Numbered from the stretch's first letter, positions 37,395 to 46,111 are shown. The stretch: DNA of 64,000 bases from a virus (IMGVR_UViG_3300026478_000263); one strand, 5' to 3'. The notes: generated by a model from the letters alone, not told the origin. Translations and numbers: made by a program.

Positions 37395-37425
37395 TAAGAA
37401 CCCTGGACTAAAAACCCAGGGTTTT
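37395..37425 (+). terminator. rho-independent terminator
   Basis: AACCCTGG..CCAGGGTT hairpin + TTTTTGTTTT. Confidence 0.65.
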
Positions 37426-37815
37426 TTGTTTTGTAAGATTTGGAAATGAAAATGAATTTTGAAGATTTTAGAAAACAGAAAAGTGCCAAAGTGCTAAGTG
37501 AGCATGAACTGGACGACGATGCTTTTGAAAAACTCATCGAAGAAAAGTTTAATCGTGCTCGTGCTTATCACACAGCACTTTACAAGAGAGAAGTTGAGCT
37601 CGTAGAGCAAGACTAATCTCAAACGTGTTATAGGGAACGCGACCCTGCCTGCACGTAAAACATGGGCTTAATGTGGGCGGCCTACCGGATGGTAAGTTCT
37701 AGGCGATAACTAGAATGTGTAAAAAGGTAGCGTATTAAAGCATACTGCCGAACAATCAAATGGCAGTAGCCGATGAGTAGTATGCTTTAATACACACTTT
37801 CGAAAGAGAGTGTTA

Positions 37816-37890
37816 TGTATCCCTAGTGTTAATGGCAGCACGACAGTCTCCAAAACTGCTAGTCGGGGTTCGAGTCCCTGGGGGTACGCC
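37816..37890 (+). tRNA. tRNA-Trp (CCA)
   Basis: acceptor GTATCCC/GGGGTAC, anticodon loop CTCCAAA, T-loop TTCGAGT, CCA encoded. Confidence 0.75.
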
Positions 37891-37895
37891 AATAA

Positions 37896-37973
37896 TGCAA
37901 CGGTGGCAGAGAGGCCCAATGCAACGGATTGCAAATCCGTAAAACCGTCAGTTCAAATCTGACCCGTTGCTCC
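37896..37973 (+). tRNA. tRNA-Cys (GCA)
   Basis: acceptor GCAACGG/CCGTTGC, anticodon arm ACGGA-TTGCAAA-TCCGT, T-arm GTCAG-TTCAAAT-CTGAC. Confidence 0.8.
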
Positions 37974-37981
37974 AGGTTATA

Positions 37982-38071
37982 TCCCCCGTTAGCTCATGGA
38001 GAGCAGGTCGGCTTATAACCGATTAATCTAGATAAGGTCCAGGATGAGGTTCGATTCCTCAACGGGGGACC
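37982..38071 (+). tRNA. class II-like tRNA (90 nt, long variable arm), anticodon loop CTTATAA (formal anticodon TAT) - isotype unresolved
   Basis: acceptor CCCCCGT/ACGGGGG + A + CCA, T-arm TGAGG-TTCGATT-CCTCA, 21-nt variable region. Confidence 0.5.
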
Positions 38072-38243
38072 ATAAGGAGAATATTATGGCAGTACTTGTA
38101 GTGTTAGTTATAATGTTCGTGTTGTATCAAGTTTTGAAAAAATATTAAAAGGAGAGTAGCATGAAACGTGCTAAACGTTAGTGTCACTCTAGATCTCCCG
38201 TATGGTCTAGGGTTGGCACGTAAAATCAAATCAATACGTACAA

Positions 38244-38319
38244 CCCTGTTTAGCGTCAATGGTAGCGCACTTGACTCTTAATCAATGAGGTGTGAGTTCG
38301 AATCTCACAGCAGGGACCA
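38244..38319 (+). tRNA. tRNA-Lys (CTT)
   Basis: anticodon loop CTCTTAA, T-arm GTGAG-TTCGAAT-CTCAC, CCA encoded. Confidence 0.7.
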
Positions 38320-38322
38320 TAT

Positions 38323-38397
38323 GGGGGTATAACTTAATGGTTAAAGTAGCGGGCTTTTAACCCGTAAATCAGAGTTCGATTCTCTGTGCCCCTACCA
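38323..38397 (+). tRNA. tRNA-Lys (TTT)
   Basis: anticodon arm GCGGG-CTTTTAA-CCCGT, T-arm CAGAG-TTCGATT-CTCTG. Confidence 0.8.
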
Positions 38398-38579
38398 TAT
38401 GAAAGCATTCTTAACTGGTCGCATAGCGTCAGTAGTAAGGACGGGCCACCATCTTATGACGAAAAAGGCATAAGAGTGCTTCCATATGGTAGTGTATAAA
38501 AACAAACTAACCACAGCCAGGAACTATAGACTCTGGGTGCATAGCGCATTGTCGTTAGTTTCTTTTTGTATAGTATTAT

Positions 38580-38653
38580 TCCTGGATAGTTAAATGGTAT
38601 AACAATCGGCTGATAACCGGTCATTCTGAGTTCAATTCTCGGTCCAGGAACCA
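38580..38653 (+). tRNA. tRNA-Ile (GAT)
   Basis: perfect acceptor TCCTGGA/TCCAGGA, anticodon loop CTGATAA. Confidence 0.75.
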
Positions 38654-38659
38654 ATTTAC

Positions 38660-38734
38660 ATAGCGTTCGACTTCTGGGGAGGTCATCACCCTTTCAAGGT
38701 GACTAGGCGGGTTCGATCCCCGTACGCTATACCA
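38660..38734 (+). tRNA. tRNA-Glu (TTC)
   Basis: perfect acceptor ATAGCGT/ACGCTAT, anticodon arm TCACC-CTTTCAA-GGTGA. Confidence 0.75.
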
Positions 38735-38819
38735 GAGCAAATAGAGATCTTGTGGGTTCATCCATGTTCTCTCAATGTTTGTTAGTTTCAATGGGTGGTA
38801 TAGAAACTAACACCAATTT

Positions 38820-38894
38820 GGGGGCAGTAGTGGGCTACGGTCTTCCCTTGCAAGGAAGATGTCTAGAAGGATTCGATTTCCTCGGCCTCCACCA
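38820..38894 (+). tRNA. tRNA-Ala (TGC)-like with truncated D-arm
   Basis: acceptor GGGGGCA/GGCCTCC with G3-U70, anticodon arm CTTCC-CTTGCAA-GGAAG; D region only 15 nt, variable 8 nt. Confidence 0.45.
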
Positions 38895-38983
38895 AATTTG
38901 CGACAATGGTGGGTTAACCGGCCTTGCCGGGGCATTCTAGATTACCGCGAAGGTTCGAGTCCTTCGGTCGCAATTATTTTTAT

Positions 38984-39061
38984 CTCTGCGTAATGTCAAT
39001 CTGGTAGACGGCCTGATCTGGAGTCAGGAGGCTGTACGTTCGAATCGTACCGTGGAGACCA
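38984..39061 (+). tRNA. tRNA-Pro (TGG)-like (C33 in anticodon loop)
   Basis: anticodon arm CCTGA-TCTGGAG-TCAGG, T-arm GTACG-TTCGAAT-CGTAC, CCA encoded. Confidence 0.5.
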
Positions 39062-39066
39062 ATTTT

Positions 39067-39141
39067 GCCCTTGTATCCTTAGTGGTAGAGGTCCTGTTTT
39101 GTAAGCAGGGTGTGGTGGTTCGATTCCATCCTGGGGCACCA
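39067..39141 (+). tRNA. tRNA-Thr (TGT), second copy
   Basis: anticodon arm CCTGT-TTTGTAA-GCAGG, T-arm GGTGG-TTCGATT-CCATC. Confidence 0.6.
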
Positions 39142-39367
39142 AGTTTTGTAAGTGTCAGCAAGAGAATGTCACGCTATTGTAGGTAAGTTCGAACTACCTT
39201 AATAGTAAAAGGGGACGGGTTCAACTCCCGGGGGATCGGAAGATCCCTGCAGATTGGTTGCTAACTGGACTAGTATCCCAAGTGACGTACCGAGTCCCAG
39301 CCGGCTTTATATACATGGGTGAATGGTTGCTATAACGATGGGGCAACTACTTACAAATTCAATCTGT

Positions 39368-39441
39368 TGGCCTATGGTGTAATGGTAACACAACTGACTT
39401 TGACTCAGTCGTTCCAGGTTCGAGTCCTGGTAGGCCTGCCA
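39368..39441 (+). tRNA. tRNA-Gln (TTG)
   Basis: anticodon arm ACTGA-CTTTGAC-TCAGT, discriminator G, weak 1-72 pair as in bacterial tRNA-Gln. Confidence 0.7.
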
Positions 39442-39448
39442 ATTTTAA

Positions 39449-39525
39449 CGGTCCTTAACTCAATGGATTAGAGTGCCAGTCTTCGAAACTGGAGGTTGGG
39501 AGTTCGAGTCTCTCAGGGCCGGCCA
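39449..39525 (+). tRNA. tRNA-Arg (TCG)
   Basis: anticodon arm CCAGT-CTTCGAA-ACTGG, D-stem ACTC/GAGT. Confidence 0.75.
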
Positions 39526-39527
39526 AT

Positions 39528-39602
39528 GGTGTTGCTAGTGTAGTGGTCCGCACGGCTGTCTGTGAAACAGTAAGGCAGGGTTCGATTCCCGGCTTCACCC
39601 CA
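39528..39602 (+). tRNA. tRNA-His (GTG) with G-1
   Basis: anticodon arm GCTGT-CTGTGAA-ACAGT, extra 5' G pairing with C73, two U-U mismatches in acceptor stem. Confidence 0.6.
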
Positions 39603-39608
39603 AATATC

Positions 39609-39684
39609 GCCGCTTTAGCAAATGTGGTCATTGCACCGGTTTGAAGCACCGAGGAACTTGGTTCGATCCCAAGGGGCGGCACCA
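39609..39684 (+). tRNA. tRNA-Phe (GAA)
   Basis: anticodon loop TTGAAGC, T-arm CTTGG-TTCGATC-CCAAG. Confidence 0.75.
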
Positions 39685-39691
39685 TAATTAT

Positions 39692-39768
39692 GCCCTTGTA
39701 CGCTAATTGGTAATGCGAATGGATTTAAAATCCGTTGTGTGTAGGTTCGAATCCAACCAAGGGTACCA
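39692..39768 (+). tRNA. type-I (short variable arm) tRNA with anticodon TAA (Leu codon UUA) - atypical
   Basis: anticodon arm ATGGA-TTTAAAA-TCCGT, 5-nt variable loop, discriminator A, CCA encoded. Confidence 0.55.
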
Positions 39769-39769
39769 T

Positions 39770-39841
39770 GCCTCTGCTGATGGAGCAGTGCCAGGTCTTC
39801 TAAACCAGGTTATAGTAGTTCGAATCTACTCAGAGGCGCCA
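39770..39841 (+). tRNA. tRNA-Arg (TCT)-like, short D-arm
   Basis: perfect acceptor GCCTCTG/CAGAGGC, anticodon loop CTTCTAA, T-arm AGTAG-TTCGAAT-CTACT; 72 nt. Confidence 0.5.
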
Positions 39842-39843
39842 AG

Positions 39844-39917
39844 GCTCTTGTAGGTAAATGGTATACCAGTGTCTTGGTACGACACAATCGAAAGTTCGAT
39901 TCTTTCCTTGAGCACCA
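39844..39917 (+). tRNA. tRNA-Thr (GGT)
   Basis: anticodon arm GTGTC-TTGGTAC-GACAC; two U-U mismatches in acceptor. Confidence 0.65.
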
Positions 39918-39922
39918 GATAT

Positions 39923-40000
39923 ACCCCTGTGGACAAATTGGTAAAGTCGTCTCTCTCAAAAGGAGAAGTTCTCTCCGTTCGAATCGGAGCAGGGGTACCA
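39923..40000 (+). tRNA. type-I tRNA with anticodon CAA (Leu codon UUG) - atypical
   Basis: perfect acceptor ACCCCTG/CAGGGGT, anticodon arm TCTCT-CTCAAAA-GGAGA, 6-nt variable loop, discriminator A. Confidence 0.55.
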
Positions 40001-40046
40001 CATTTGTAGCAGATTCTATCTACAACGAATTATACAAGTAAAACAA

Positions 40047-40136
40047 CGAAGCGTGGCAGAGTCCGGTTTATTGCACCTGTCTTGAAAACAGACGATCCGA
40101 AAGGGTCCGTGAGTTCGAATCTCACCGCTTCGGCCA
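40047..40136 (+). tRNA. tRNA-Ser (TGA)
   Basis: class II, perfect acceptor CGAAGCG/CGCTTCG, anticodon loop CTTGAAA, long variable arm GATCC-GAAA-GGGTC. Confidence 0.8.
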
Positions 40137-40143
40137 AAAGGTG

Positions 40144-40172
40144 TTGACTTGTTTAACAGTTGATCGTATAAT
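40144..40172 (+). promoter_or_regulatory. sigma70 promoter TTGACT-17-TATAAT inside tRNA array
   Basis: consensus hexamers 9 nt upstream of tRNA-Ser(GCT). Confidence 0.55.
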
Positions 40173-40180
40173 ACAAATAT

Positions 40181-40275
40181 AGTGAGTTGGCCGAGCTGGT
40201 CGAAGGCACCTTCCTGCTAAGAAGGCATTCCTGCAAAAACGGGGATCAAGGGTTCGAATCCCTTACTCACTGCCA
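40181..40275 (+). tRNA. tRNA-Ser (GCT)
   Basis: class II, perfect acceptor AGTGAGT/ACTCACT, anticodon arm CCTTC-CTGCTAA-GAAGG. Confidence 0.8.
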
Positions 40276-40282
40276 AAATGTC

Positions 40283-40311
40283 TTGACTAGTTTCTAAAGT
40301 TCATATACAAT
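40283..40311 (+). promoter_or_regulatory. sigma70 promoter TTGACT-17-TACAAT inside tRNA array
   Basis: consensus hexamers upstream of tRNA-Tyr. Confidence 0.5.
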
Positions 40312-40362
40312 AGAGACTAGTTAAGAAATTAACCTAGTTCTTTAAAAATTTCAAGCAGATAT

Positions 40363-40448
40363 GGATGTGTAGGAAAATTGGTAACCCCAGTGGACTGTAA
40401 ATCCGCCGCCTTACGGCACTGCTGGTTCGACTCCAGCCGCATCCACCA
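40363..40448 (+). tRNA. tRNA-Tyr (GTA)
   Basis: class II, anticodon arm GTGGA-CTGTAAA-TCCGC, T-arm GCTGG-TTCGACT-CCAGC. Confidence 0.75.
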
Positions 40449-41093
40449 TTAAGAAATAGCATTGACGGGTATCGTCTATGGACGCATAGACTTATGAAGG
40501 ATAAGGCCATCTTACCCTTCTGAGAAAACCGTGAACAATGGCTTATGAGGAGAATCGAACTCCACTCAGAAATACGTTTCATCCCATAGGGTGTAATGTT
40601 ATTTTTTAATGGTAAAAATTTAAGGGTAGTTTATTATCCTGTTGGCGGTTCGCCGTTGACGAAGAATAAGTTGAGTGATCAACCCAAAGGAGGTAAGCCT
40701 ACGCAACTCCGCCAGTAATGGTTCATGTAAACAAGCCTGCTCACTACCGCGAGGTAGCGTTCACTGAGAAGACCGGTGGATGTAACAATGAAGCAAGTGT
40801 TAGGGAAAGAATGTGTATCGACTGGCCCGCAAGGGAACCAGGGTGCATGAAAAGTAACGGGTGGTGCTGACTTCCTAACAAAACCAACTTGCGAATTGGT
40901 ATGAGAAAGGGTAGTGTATTTGTCCAAGGGGTCGCTCCTAAGGGCTTGTATGCAATATTAATGGTTAGTGGACTGTTTTGATGCAGGACATTGATCGTGA
41001 AATATCACTGAGTAGTCCGCGAGACAAAAGGTATGTGGTGAGTTGTATTCAGTAATCCAAAAGGTTATTGAGCAACAGAGGCAGCTCATCGCG

Positions 41094-41169
41094 GTAGGTT
41101 TGATATAGCGTAATGGTAACGCAATTGCCTCTTAAGCAATGGACTGTTGGTTCGATCCCAACTATCGAT
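41094..41169 (+). tRNA. tRNA-Lys(CTT)-like, defective acceptor stem, no CCA (possible pseudo-tRNA)
   Basis: D-arm GCG-TAATGGTAA-CGC, anticodon arm ATTGC-CTCTTAA-GCAAT, T-arm GTTGG-TTCGATC-CCAAC; 5' acceptor pairs poorly. Confidence 0.3.
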
Positions 41170-41588
41170 TATAAAATGCAAAGACTGCCTCGGTCATATG
41201 TGAAAAGCATCTAATACTCGAGCCGCAAGGTAATCGAGTCAGACGTAGCTCGCAAGGTGAAATCTGTTTATGCTGGAAGTTTCGTAAGTGGTTAGCGCCG
41301 CTGAATGGCTCGCAAGGTCAACGGAGTAGATAGCGTAGAATAGCATATGGCGACAAGACTACTGCCTGTCTTTAAAAACGGCGATGCTGATAGTGGACAT
41401 AGGTACAGTAATGGCTTATGTGGATGTCTAGAGAAGGTTGGCTCGCAAGGCTGACTATAATGCTAGAGGCACTATTGGCTAACGTATAATCTCAGCGTTA
41501 GCACTATTCTAAAACACATTAGCTCGAACCGAATAACGGCATTATAAATGCTTCTGGTAGTTGGTTAGTGTGTTTCAGAATAGAATTT

Positions 41589-41665
41589 GCACCGTTAGCT
41601 CAGTTGGTCAGAGCGCCGGCCTGTCACGTCGGAGGCCAGGGGTTCAAGTCCCCTACGGTGCGCCA
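41589..41665 (+). tRNA. tRNA-Asp (GTC)
   Basis: perfect acceptor, anticodon loop CTGTCAC identical to the E. coli tRNA-Asp loop. Confidence 0.85.
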
Positions 41666-41679
41666 AGATAACTATTAAT

Positions 41680-42483
41680 ATGAAAACACTTTTAATTTTA
41701 GGAGATTGCCAAAGTAATGGCAATAATTGTTTGGCTGGTGACATAGTCAACGACGATGCTCCGAGGACTTGGAGTCTACGTTTCCATAATGATTTTAGAA
41801 GTGTTTTTAAATGGTATCTAAAACATAGAAAAGAAAACAATGTTACAACACCTATGCCCAATGGCAATATGGAAAATGTTGTTTGGCATTATCTATGGGA
41901 AGAAGAACAAAAAGCCGCATGGCCTAATTTCTTAAATGTTTCCAATGTAGTTAATATATCTATTAACGGTGGACATTTTATAGGTCATCACAAAAGATTA
42001 AAACAGTACCTAGCAGAGAATCCTAAACCGGATCATGTATTAGTTACAGATTACACGTTTAGTCATATAGCACACAGTTTCAAATATAACAATCAACGAT
42101 ATGTATTTGAACGTGAAAATTATGTAGACGGAGAATGGAATCCAGATAGATATCCAATTGAAGTTCATAAAAAGCGATTAAACGGTATTGCTTTTCAAAA
42201 AAGTCAAAGCAAAGATTGGCATATTCGTAGACATAGAAATGGTTACAATATGTTAATTAAGTTTTTAGATTCTCAAAATATTAAATGGACGACTGTTAGG
42301 TTTGGAGATCCTAATCCTGACAACTCAGAAATTTTTAAAGAGTTTATGCACACTGGTATAGATTGTACTGAATACGGAAAACAGTATATGAGTGCTAATG
42401 GTGAGAATGCAAAAATTAAATTGTCTGTGCAAGAAAAAATTGCAACGACAATTCAGGAATACTTAAATAGTATTGTCAGTTAA
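41680..42483 (+). CDS. SGNH/GDSL-like hydrolase (putative) embedded in tRNA array
   Basis: N-terminal LILGDCQSNGNN resembles the GDS(L) block; 267 aa intact ORF. Confidence 0.4.
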   Translation: MKTLLILGDCQSNGNNCLAGDIVNDDAPRTWSLRFHNDFRSVFKWYLKHRKENNVTTPMPNGNMENVVWHYLWEEEQKAAWPNFLNVSNVVNISINGGHFIGHHKRLKQYLAENPKPDHVLVTDYTFSHIAHSFKYNNQRYVFERENYVDGEWNPDRYPIEVHKKRLNGIAFQKSQSKDWHIRRHRNGYNMLIKFLDSQNIKWTTVRFGDPNPDNSEIFKEFMHTGIDCTEYGKQYMSANGENAKIKLSVQEKIATTIQEYLNSIVS

Positions 42484-42484
42484 T

Positions 42485-42568
42485 GCCCTGGTGGTGGAAT
42501 GGTAGACACGCTGGTCTTAGAAGCCAGTGGCGAGAGCCGTGAGAGTTCGAGTCTCTCCTGGGGCACCA
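42485..42568 (+). tRNA. tRNA-Leu (TAG)
   Basis: class II with 13-nt variable arm, anticodon arm CTGGT-CTTAGAA-GCCAG. Confidence 0.8.
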
Positions 42569-42574
42569 AAATAT

Positions 42575-42650
42575 GCGGGTGAAGTGTTTGTGGTTACACG
42601 TCAGTCTTCCAAACTGAAATAGACGAGTTCAACTCTCGCCTCCCGCTCCA
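42575..42650 (+). tRNA. tRNA-Gly (TCC)
   Basis: anticodon arm TCAGT-CTTCCAA-ACTGA; U-U at 6-67. Confidence 0.7.
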
Positions 42651-42655
42651 TCATT

Positions 42656-42732
<77 letters not shown>

Positions 42733-42742
42733 ATGTTAGTTT

Positions 42743-42817
42743 GCCTGGTTAGCTCAGTGGTAGAGCGTCTCGTTTACACCGAGAGGGTCGGCAGTTCGAA
42801 ACTGTCACCAGGTACCA
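42743..42817 (+). tRNA. tRNA-Val (TAC)
   Basis: anticodon arm TCTCG-TTTACAC-CGAGA. Confidence 0.8.
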
Positions 42818-42824
42818 AGTTTAT

Positions 42825-42900
42825 TCCCTAGTAGCTCAGCGGTAGTAGCACCTGACTGTTAATCAGGGTGTCGGTGGTTCGATCCCACCCTGGGGAGCCA
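42825..42900 (+). tRNA. tRNA-Asn (GTT)
   Basis: anticodon arm CCTGA-CTGTTAA-TCAGG. Confidence 0.8.
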
Positions 42901-42906
42901 AGTAAT

Positions 42907-42982
42907 GCACGGTTCGTCTATCGGTTTAGGACACTGGCCTTTCACGTCAGTAAGACGGGTTCGATTCCCGTACCGTGTACCA
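42907..42982 (+). tRNA. tRNA-Glu (TTC), second copy
   Basis: anticodon loop CTTTCAC as in E. coli tRNA-Glu. Confidence 0.75.
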
Positions 42983-43030
42983 TATATGGCCTTTGGATAA
43001 GTTATAAACTTTGCCTTAGGTTCTTCATAT

Positions 43031-43106
43031 GCGGGAGTAGCTCAGTTGGTAGAGCATTACCTTGCCAAGGTAAATGTCGCGAGTTCGAACCTCGTCTCCC
43101 GCTCCA
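43031..43106 (+). tRNA. tRNA-Gly (GCC)
   Basis: perfect acceptor GCGGGAG/CTCCCGC, anticodon arm TTACC-TTGCCAA-GGTAA. Confidence 0.85.
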
Positions 43107-43172
43107 GTTTTGCCAAAAGGCATTGATTTAGATTTAAAAGATTGTATAATAGAAACATTAAAGGAAAAACAA

Positions 43173-43745
43173 ATGAATATCTCCCTACGTAAGGCAAATG
43201 CACTTCAGAACAGTATCAACGATACCGTCAAAGGTTTCCAGTTTGAGACCACAGTAAAAATCAACGAGTTCCAAGAAGCGGAACAAGAAATTTCCAAAGT
43301 TGCAGGAACACTCTGCGACAACCTTACACGCAGAGATGCGTTAGTGGAAGCACTTTACGAGATTCGTAAAAGTGTCAGCGGTGCTAACACAGAAGTTAGA
43401 ATCGACACTAGATTGGCCGATGTTGCACATCTAGAAAAACAAATCCAATTCTACAACGGATTGGCTAGTAAGACCGTTCGCGAAAGCGCAAAGGTTGTAG
43501 CAGGTCGTTTGGACAAGATCCGTAACGACAAAAGCGAAAACCGTCGTAGCATCTATGGCTACAACGACACAGTAGACACTAGTGTGCTCACTCGTGAAGA
43601 TCTAGACGGATTCCGTCGTAGAGTGGCAACTGCTAAAAAGCAGAAACAAAAACTTCAGGATGAAATCCTAGAGTTAAATGTTCAGACAACTATCCAATTG
43701 TCTGACAAAACAGAAGCAGTTCTGCAAGCAGAAGGTTTACTGTAA
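43173..43745 (+). CDS. hypothetical coiled-coil protein
   Basis: AAAGGAAAAAC RBS then ATG at 43173 (track ORF 43074 N-terminus overlaps tRNA-Gly and was trimmed). Confidence 0.4.
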   Translation: MNISLRKANALQNSINDTVKGFQFETTVKINEFQEAEQEISKVAGTLCDNLTRRDALVEALYEIRKSVSGANTEVRIDTRLADVAHLEKQIQFYNGLASKTVRESAKVVAGRLDKIRNDKSENRRSIYGYNDTVDTSVLTREDLDGFRRRVATAKKQKQKLQDEILELNVQTTIQLSDKTEAVLQAEGLL

Positions 43746-44082
43746 CAGACCCCGCGTTAACTCAGCGTGATAGAGTTAGGTAATTGCTACACCTTAATGG
43801 CTCGGTGCATTGGATCTACCGCAAGGCTTGTTTAAAGCGACTTGAGAAATCACAAAGGCGGACCTCAGCACCGTCTAAATGGAAAGGCTAGTGGACAGAG
43901 TAACAGCTCGGTTTAGGGCTCCTGTGGTGGGAGTGGCTAGACACTTTATAAATGCTCTCTGAGCTGAACTACACTGGATAACACGAGTTAGGTGCTAAGT
44001 CGACTACCCACCGAAAGTGCCAGGAAGATAAGGAGCTCAGCAGGTTTCGTTCGAGTCGAACAGAGAGCACCTATAAAGTTAT

Positions 44083-44156
44083 CGCGGGATAGAGAAACGG
44101 TAACTCAAGAGTCTCATAAGCTCTAGATCCTGGTTCGATTCCAGGTCCCGCAACCA
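44083..44156 (+). tRNA. tRNA-Met (CAT) with C1-A72 mismatch (initiator-like acceptor end)
   Basis: begins CGCGGGA, ends TCCCGCAACCA as in bacterial tRNA-fMet; anticodon loop CTCATAA. Confidence 0.65.
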
Positions 44157-44695
44157 AGTTTTGGCAAAGGCGAAAGCCCGAGCCTGGAGTAGAGAAGGAG
44201 ATTAGGATAGACAGACTTAGGCTACATGCCTAAGGTTTGATCTCTTATAGAGACCGAACATCAACTACTGGCAAAACGTCTTGAAAACGTTTCGTGCTTG
44301 TGTGAACCAGTTCTATATATTAATCGACTTTGTGAGTTGCTAACTGGAAATATACAGGTCCCTGTGCTTTGCGCCTTGTGACTTGTTAAGGGTATCTTTA
44401 TAGAGCCCGCTTGTACATTGTCCAGTCTATTACTTGCCTTTCTCTCTCCACCCCTTTTATTAGTAAGTAGTTAAGGTTCTAAAAGCATCCGCAAGGAGTT
44501 AACAAAGATCGGAAGTTTTTGTTAATTGAAGTTATAAACTTTAATGCTGTAGAGTATATGTATCAAGCGCCGGTGCAAGGTGAGCGGATTGAGACTACAA
44601 GAACTTCATGTTGGGCTAGACAAAGAGAGGGACGAATCGCACCGTCGGATGGCCTTACCCAAACCAAAACTCTCGGGACATCTTACTAATAATCT

Positions 44696-44770
44696 GGTAA
44701 CGTAGCATAATGGTCGTGCACCTCCTTCATACGGAGCAAGGTGTGAGTTCGAATCTCACCGTTACCACCA
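44696..44770 (+). tRNA. tRNA-Met/Ile2 (CAT), second CAT tRNA
   Basis: perfect acceptor GGTAACG/CGTTACC, anticodon loop TTCATAC. Confidence 0.7.
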
Positions 44771-44793
44771 TAACACCATAATCTGCCCACTAA

Positions 44794-45249
44794 ATGCTAA
44801 ATAGTTATATGCTAACATTAATCAGAGAAACTACTAATCCATTACTTGACTATATCAAGGATGATCCAGTACGTCCAGAAATTCCCAAAGAATTTCGTGT
44901 TAGCGGTAGCAGATTTGTCGCCACCACTGTAGAAGGCGAAAAACCACGTGCAATGGTCTGTGTTAGTCTGCACGATTTTGTGCCAACAACTGTTGAAGAT
45001 TTGGCTAAAACACCCACAGAACCAACTACAGCAATCTTCTATACAATTTGGAGTTATGCGCCGGGTGCGGCCGCAGAGCTACTTTTTGGTGTAGTGGATC
45101 AAATAAAAGAACTTTTCCCAACTGTTAATCGTTTTGTAACACTTAGCCCAAAAACTGAAATGGCCTACAAGTTCCATATCAGAAATGGTGCCTGTGTGTT
45201 GCAAGAAAACGACAACACAGTGAACTACGAATACCTCATAACCCGTTGA
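44794..45249 (+). CDS. hypothetical protein
   Basis: 151 aa ORF between tRNA genes. Confidence 0.4.
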   Translation: MLNSYMLTLIRETTNPLLDYIKDDPVRPEIPKEFRVSGSRFVATTVEGEKPRAMVCVSLHDFVPTTVEDLAKTPTEPTTAIFYTIWSYAPGAAAELLFGVVDQIKELFPTVNRFVTLSPKTEMAYKFHIRNGACVLQENDNTVNYEYLITR

Positions 45250-45280
45250 CAAACTGCTGAAAAGGTTATATACTTAGTAT

Positions 45281-45388
45281 GTGACCGTGAGCGAATAGGC
45301 AGAGCTCCAGGACTGTTGTGAAACACTCCGTGGGTCGGGACTAGGCGATATGCCGTCCTTGGAGGTTCGAACCCTCCCGGTCACACCA
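45281..45388 (+). ncRNA. 108-nt tRNA-like RNA (canonical acceptor/T-arm/CCA, non-canonical 72-nt core)
   Basis: perfect 7-bp acceptor GTGACCG/CGGTCAC + A + CCA and T-arm GGAGG-TTCGAAC-CCTCC, but no standard D/anticodon arms could be folded. Confidence 0.4.
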
Positions 45389-45398
45389 AATTCCCTCC

Positions 45399-45473
45399 CT
45401 CGCTATAGTTCAATGGATAGAACGACTCTCTCCTAAAGAGTAAGTCTACGTTCGATTCGTAGTAGCGGGACCA
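45399..45473 (+). tRNA. tRNA-Arg (CCT)
   Basis: anticodon arm ACTCT-CTCCTAA-AGAGT, T-arm CTACG-TTCGATT-CGTAG. Confidence 0.8.
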
Positions 45474-45509
45474 ATTGACAAAATATTGAAGTGAAGATAT
45501 AATAATTGA

Positions 45510-45728
45510 ATGTATAAAGTAATATGGAAAGATGTAAACAAGAATGTTTACGAACGAGATTTTGATAATCTTGGCCCAGCAATGGATTGGGCAAAAACAT
45601 TGGCAGTATTTGTAACTATCAAAAGTAGCGAATACGAAATTGTTGGCATGTTTGGTGCTGACAGCATTGTAGATGGAAAGTGTCCAGACGGTGTAGATTA
45701 CACCTGGATGAAACGGCGAAAGCAGTAA
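45510..45728 (+). CDS. hypothetical small protein
   Basis: 72 aa ORF. Confidence 0.35.
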   Translation: MYKVIWKDVNKNVYERDFDNLGPAMDWAKTLAVFVTIKSSEYEIVGMFGADSIVDGKCPDGVDYTWMKRRKQ

Positions 45729-45737
45729 GGAGATATC

Positions 45738-46109
45738 ATGGGATATTGGGACAGAGAATATTGTAACGTTGATGTGTTGAAGGGCAAGACTTTGTCCAAC
45801 ATCAACGAGAGTGGCGACGAGATCGTTTTTGAAACCACAGATGGCGAACGCTATCGTATGTATCACGAGCAAGACTGTTGCGAAAGCGTAAGCATAGAAA
45901 GCATAGTCGGCGATTTGCAGGACTTAGTAGGTTCAGAGATTCTAATAGCAGAAGAAGTTGATGGCGAAAGCCCAGCCGACTTCGAAGCATACGAGTCTTA
46001 CACATGGACTTTCTACAAGTTTGCAACTCGCAAGGGTTATGTGGACATTCGTTGGCTAGGTCAATCGAATGGCTATTACAGTGAAAGAGTTGATTTTGTA
46101 AAGGAGTAA
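45738..46109 (+). CDS. hypothetical protein
   Basis: 123 aa; GGAG RBS. Confidence 0.4.
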   Translation: MGYWDREYCNVDVLKGKTLSNINESGDEIVFETTDGERYRMYHEQDCCESVSIESIVGDLQDLVGSEILIAEEVDGESPADFEAYESYTWTFYKFATRKGYVDIRWLGQSNGYYSERVDFVKE

Positions 46110-46111
46110 TT

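Noticed and set aside
38899-38972. tRNA-sized element with acceptor TGCGACA/GGTCGCA and T-arm GAAGG-TTCGAGT-CCTTC
   Set aside because: It has no foldable D or anticodon arms and no CCA. Probably a decayed tRNA remnant, so not reported as a gene.
40449-41090. Group I intron within a tRNA gene
   Set aside because: No split tRNA exons or recognisable P/Q/R/S core elements were found by eye. Kept only as an unexplained structured RNA island.
38454-41867. Short ORFs in the tRNA array (38454-, 38752+, 39455-, 39810-, 40334-, 40679-, 41595-) and ORF 42868-43131
   Set aside because: They overlap tRNA genes or structured RNA and their translations are tRNA-sequence artefacts. Only 41680-42483 and 44794-45249 look like real CDS there.
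45281-45388. tRNA-Sec (selenocysteine) assignment for the 108-nt tRNA-like element
   Set aside because: No UCA anticodon loop or 8/5 acceptor/T geometry could be folded. Left as unclassified tRNA-like RNA.
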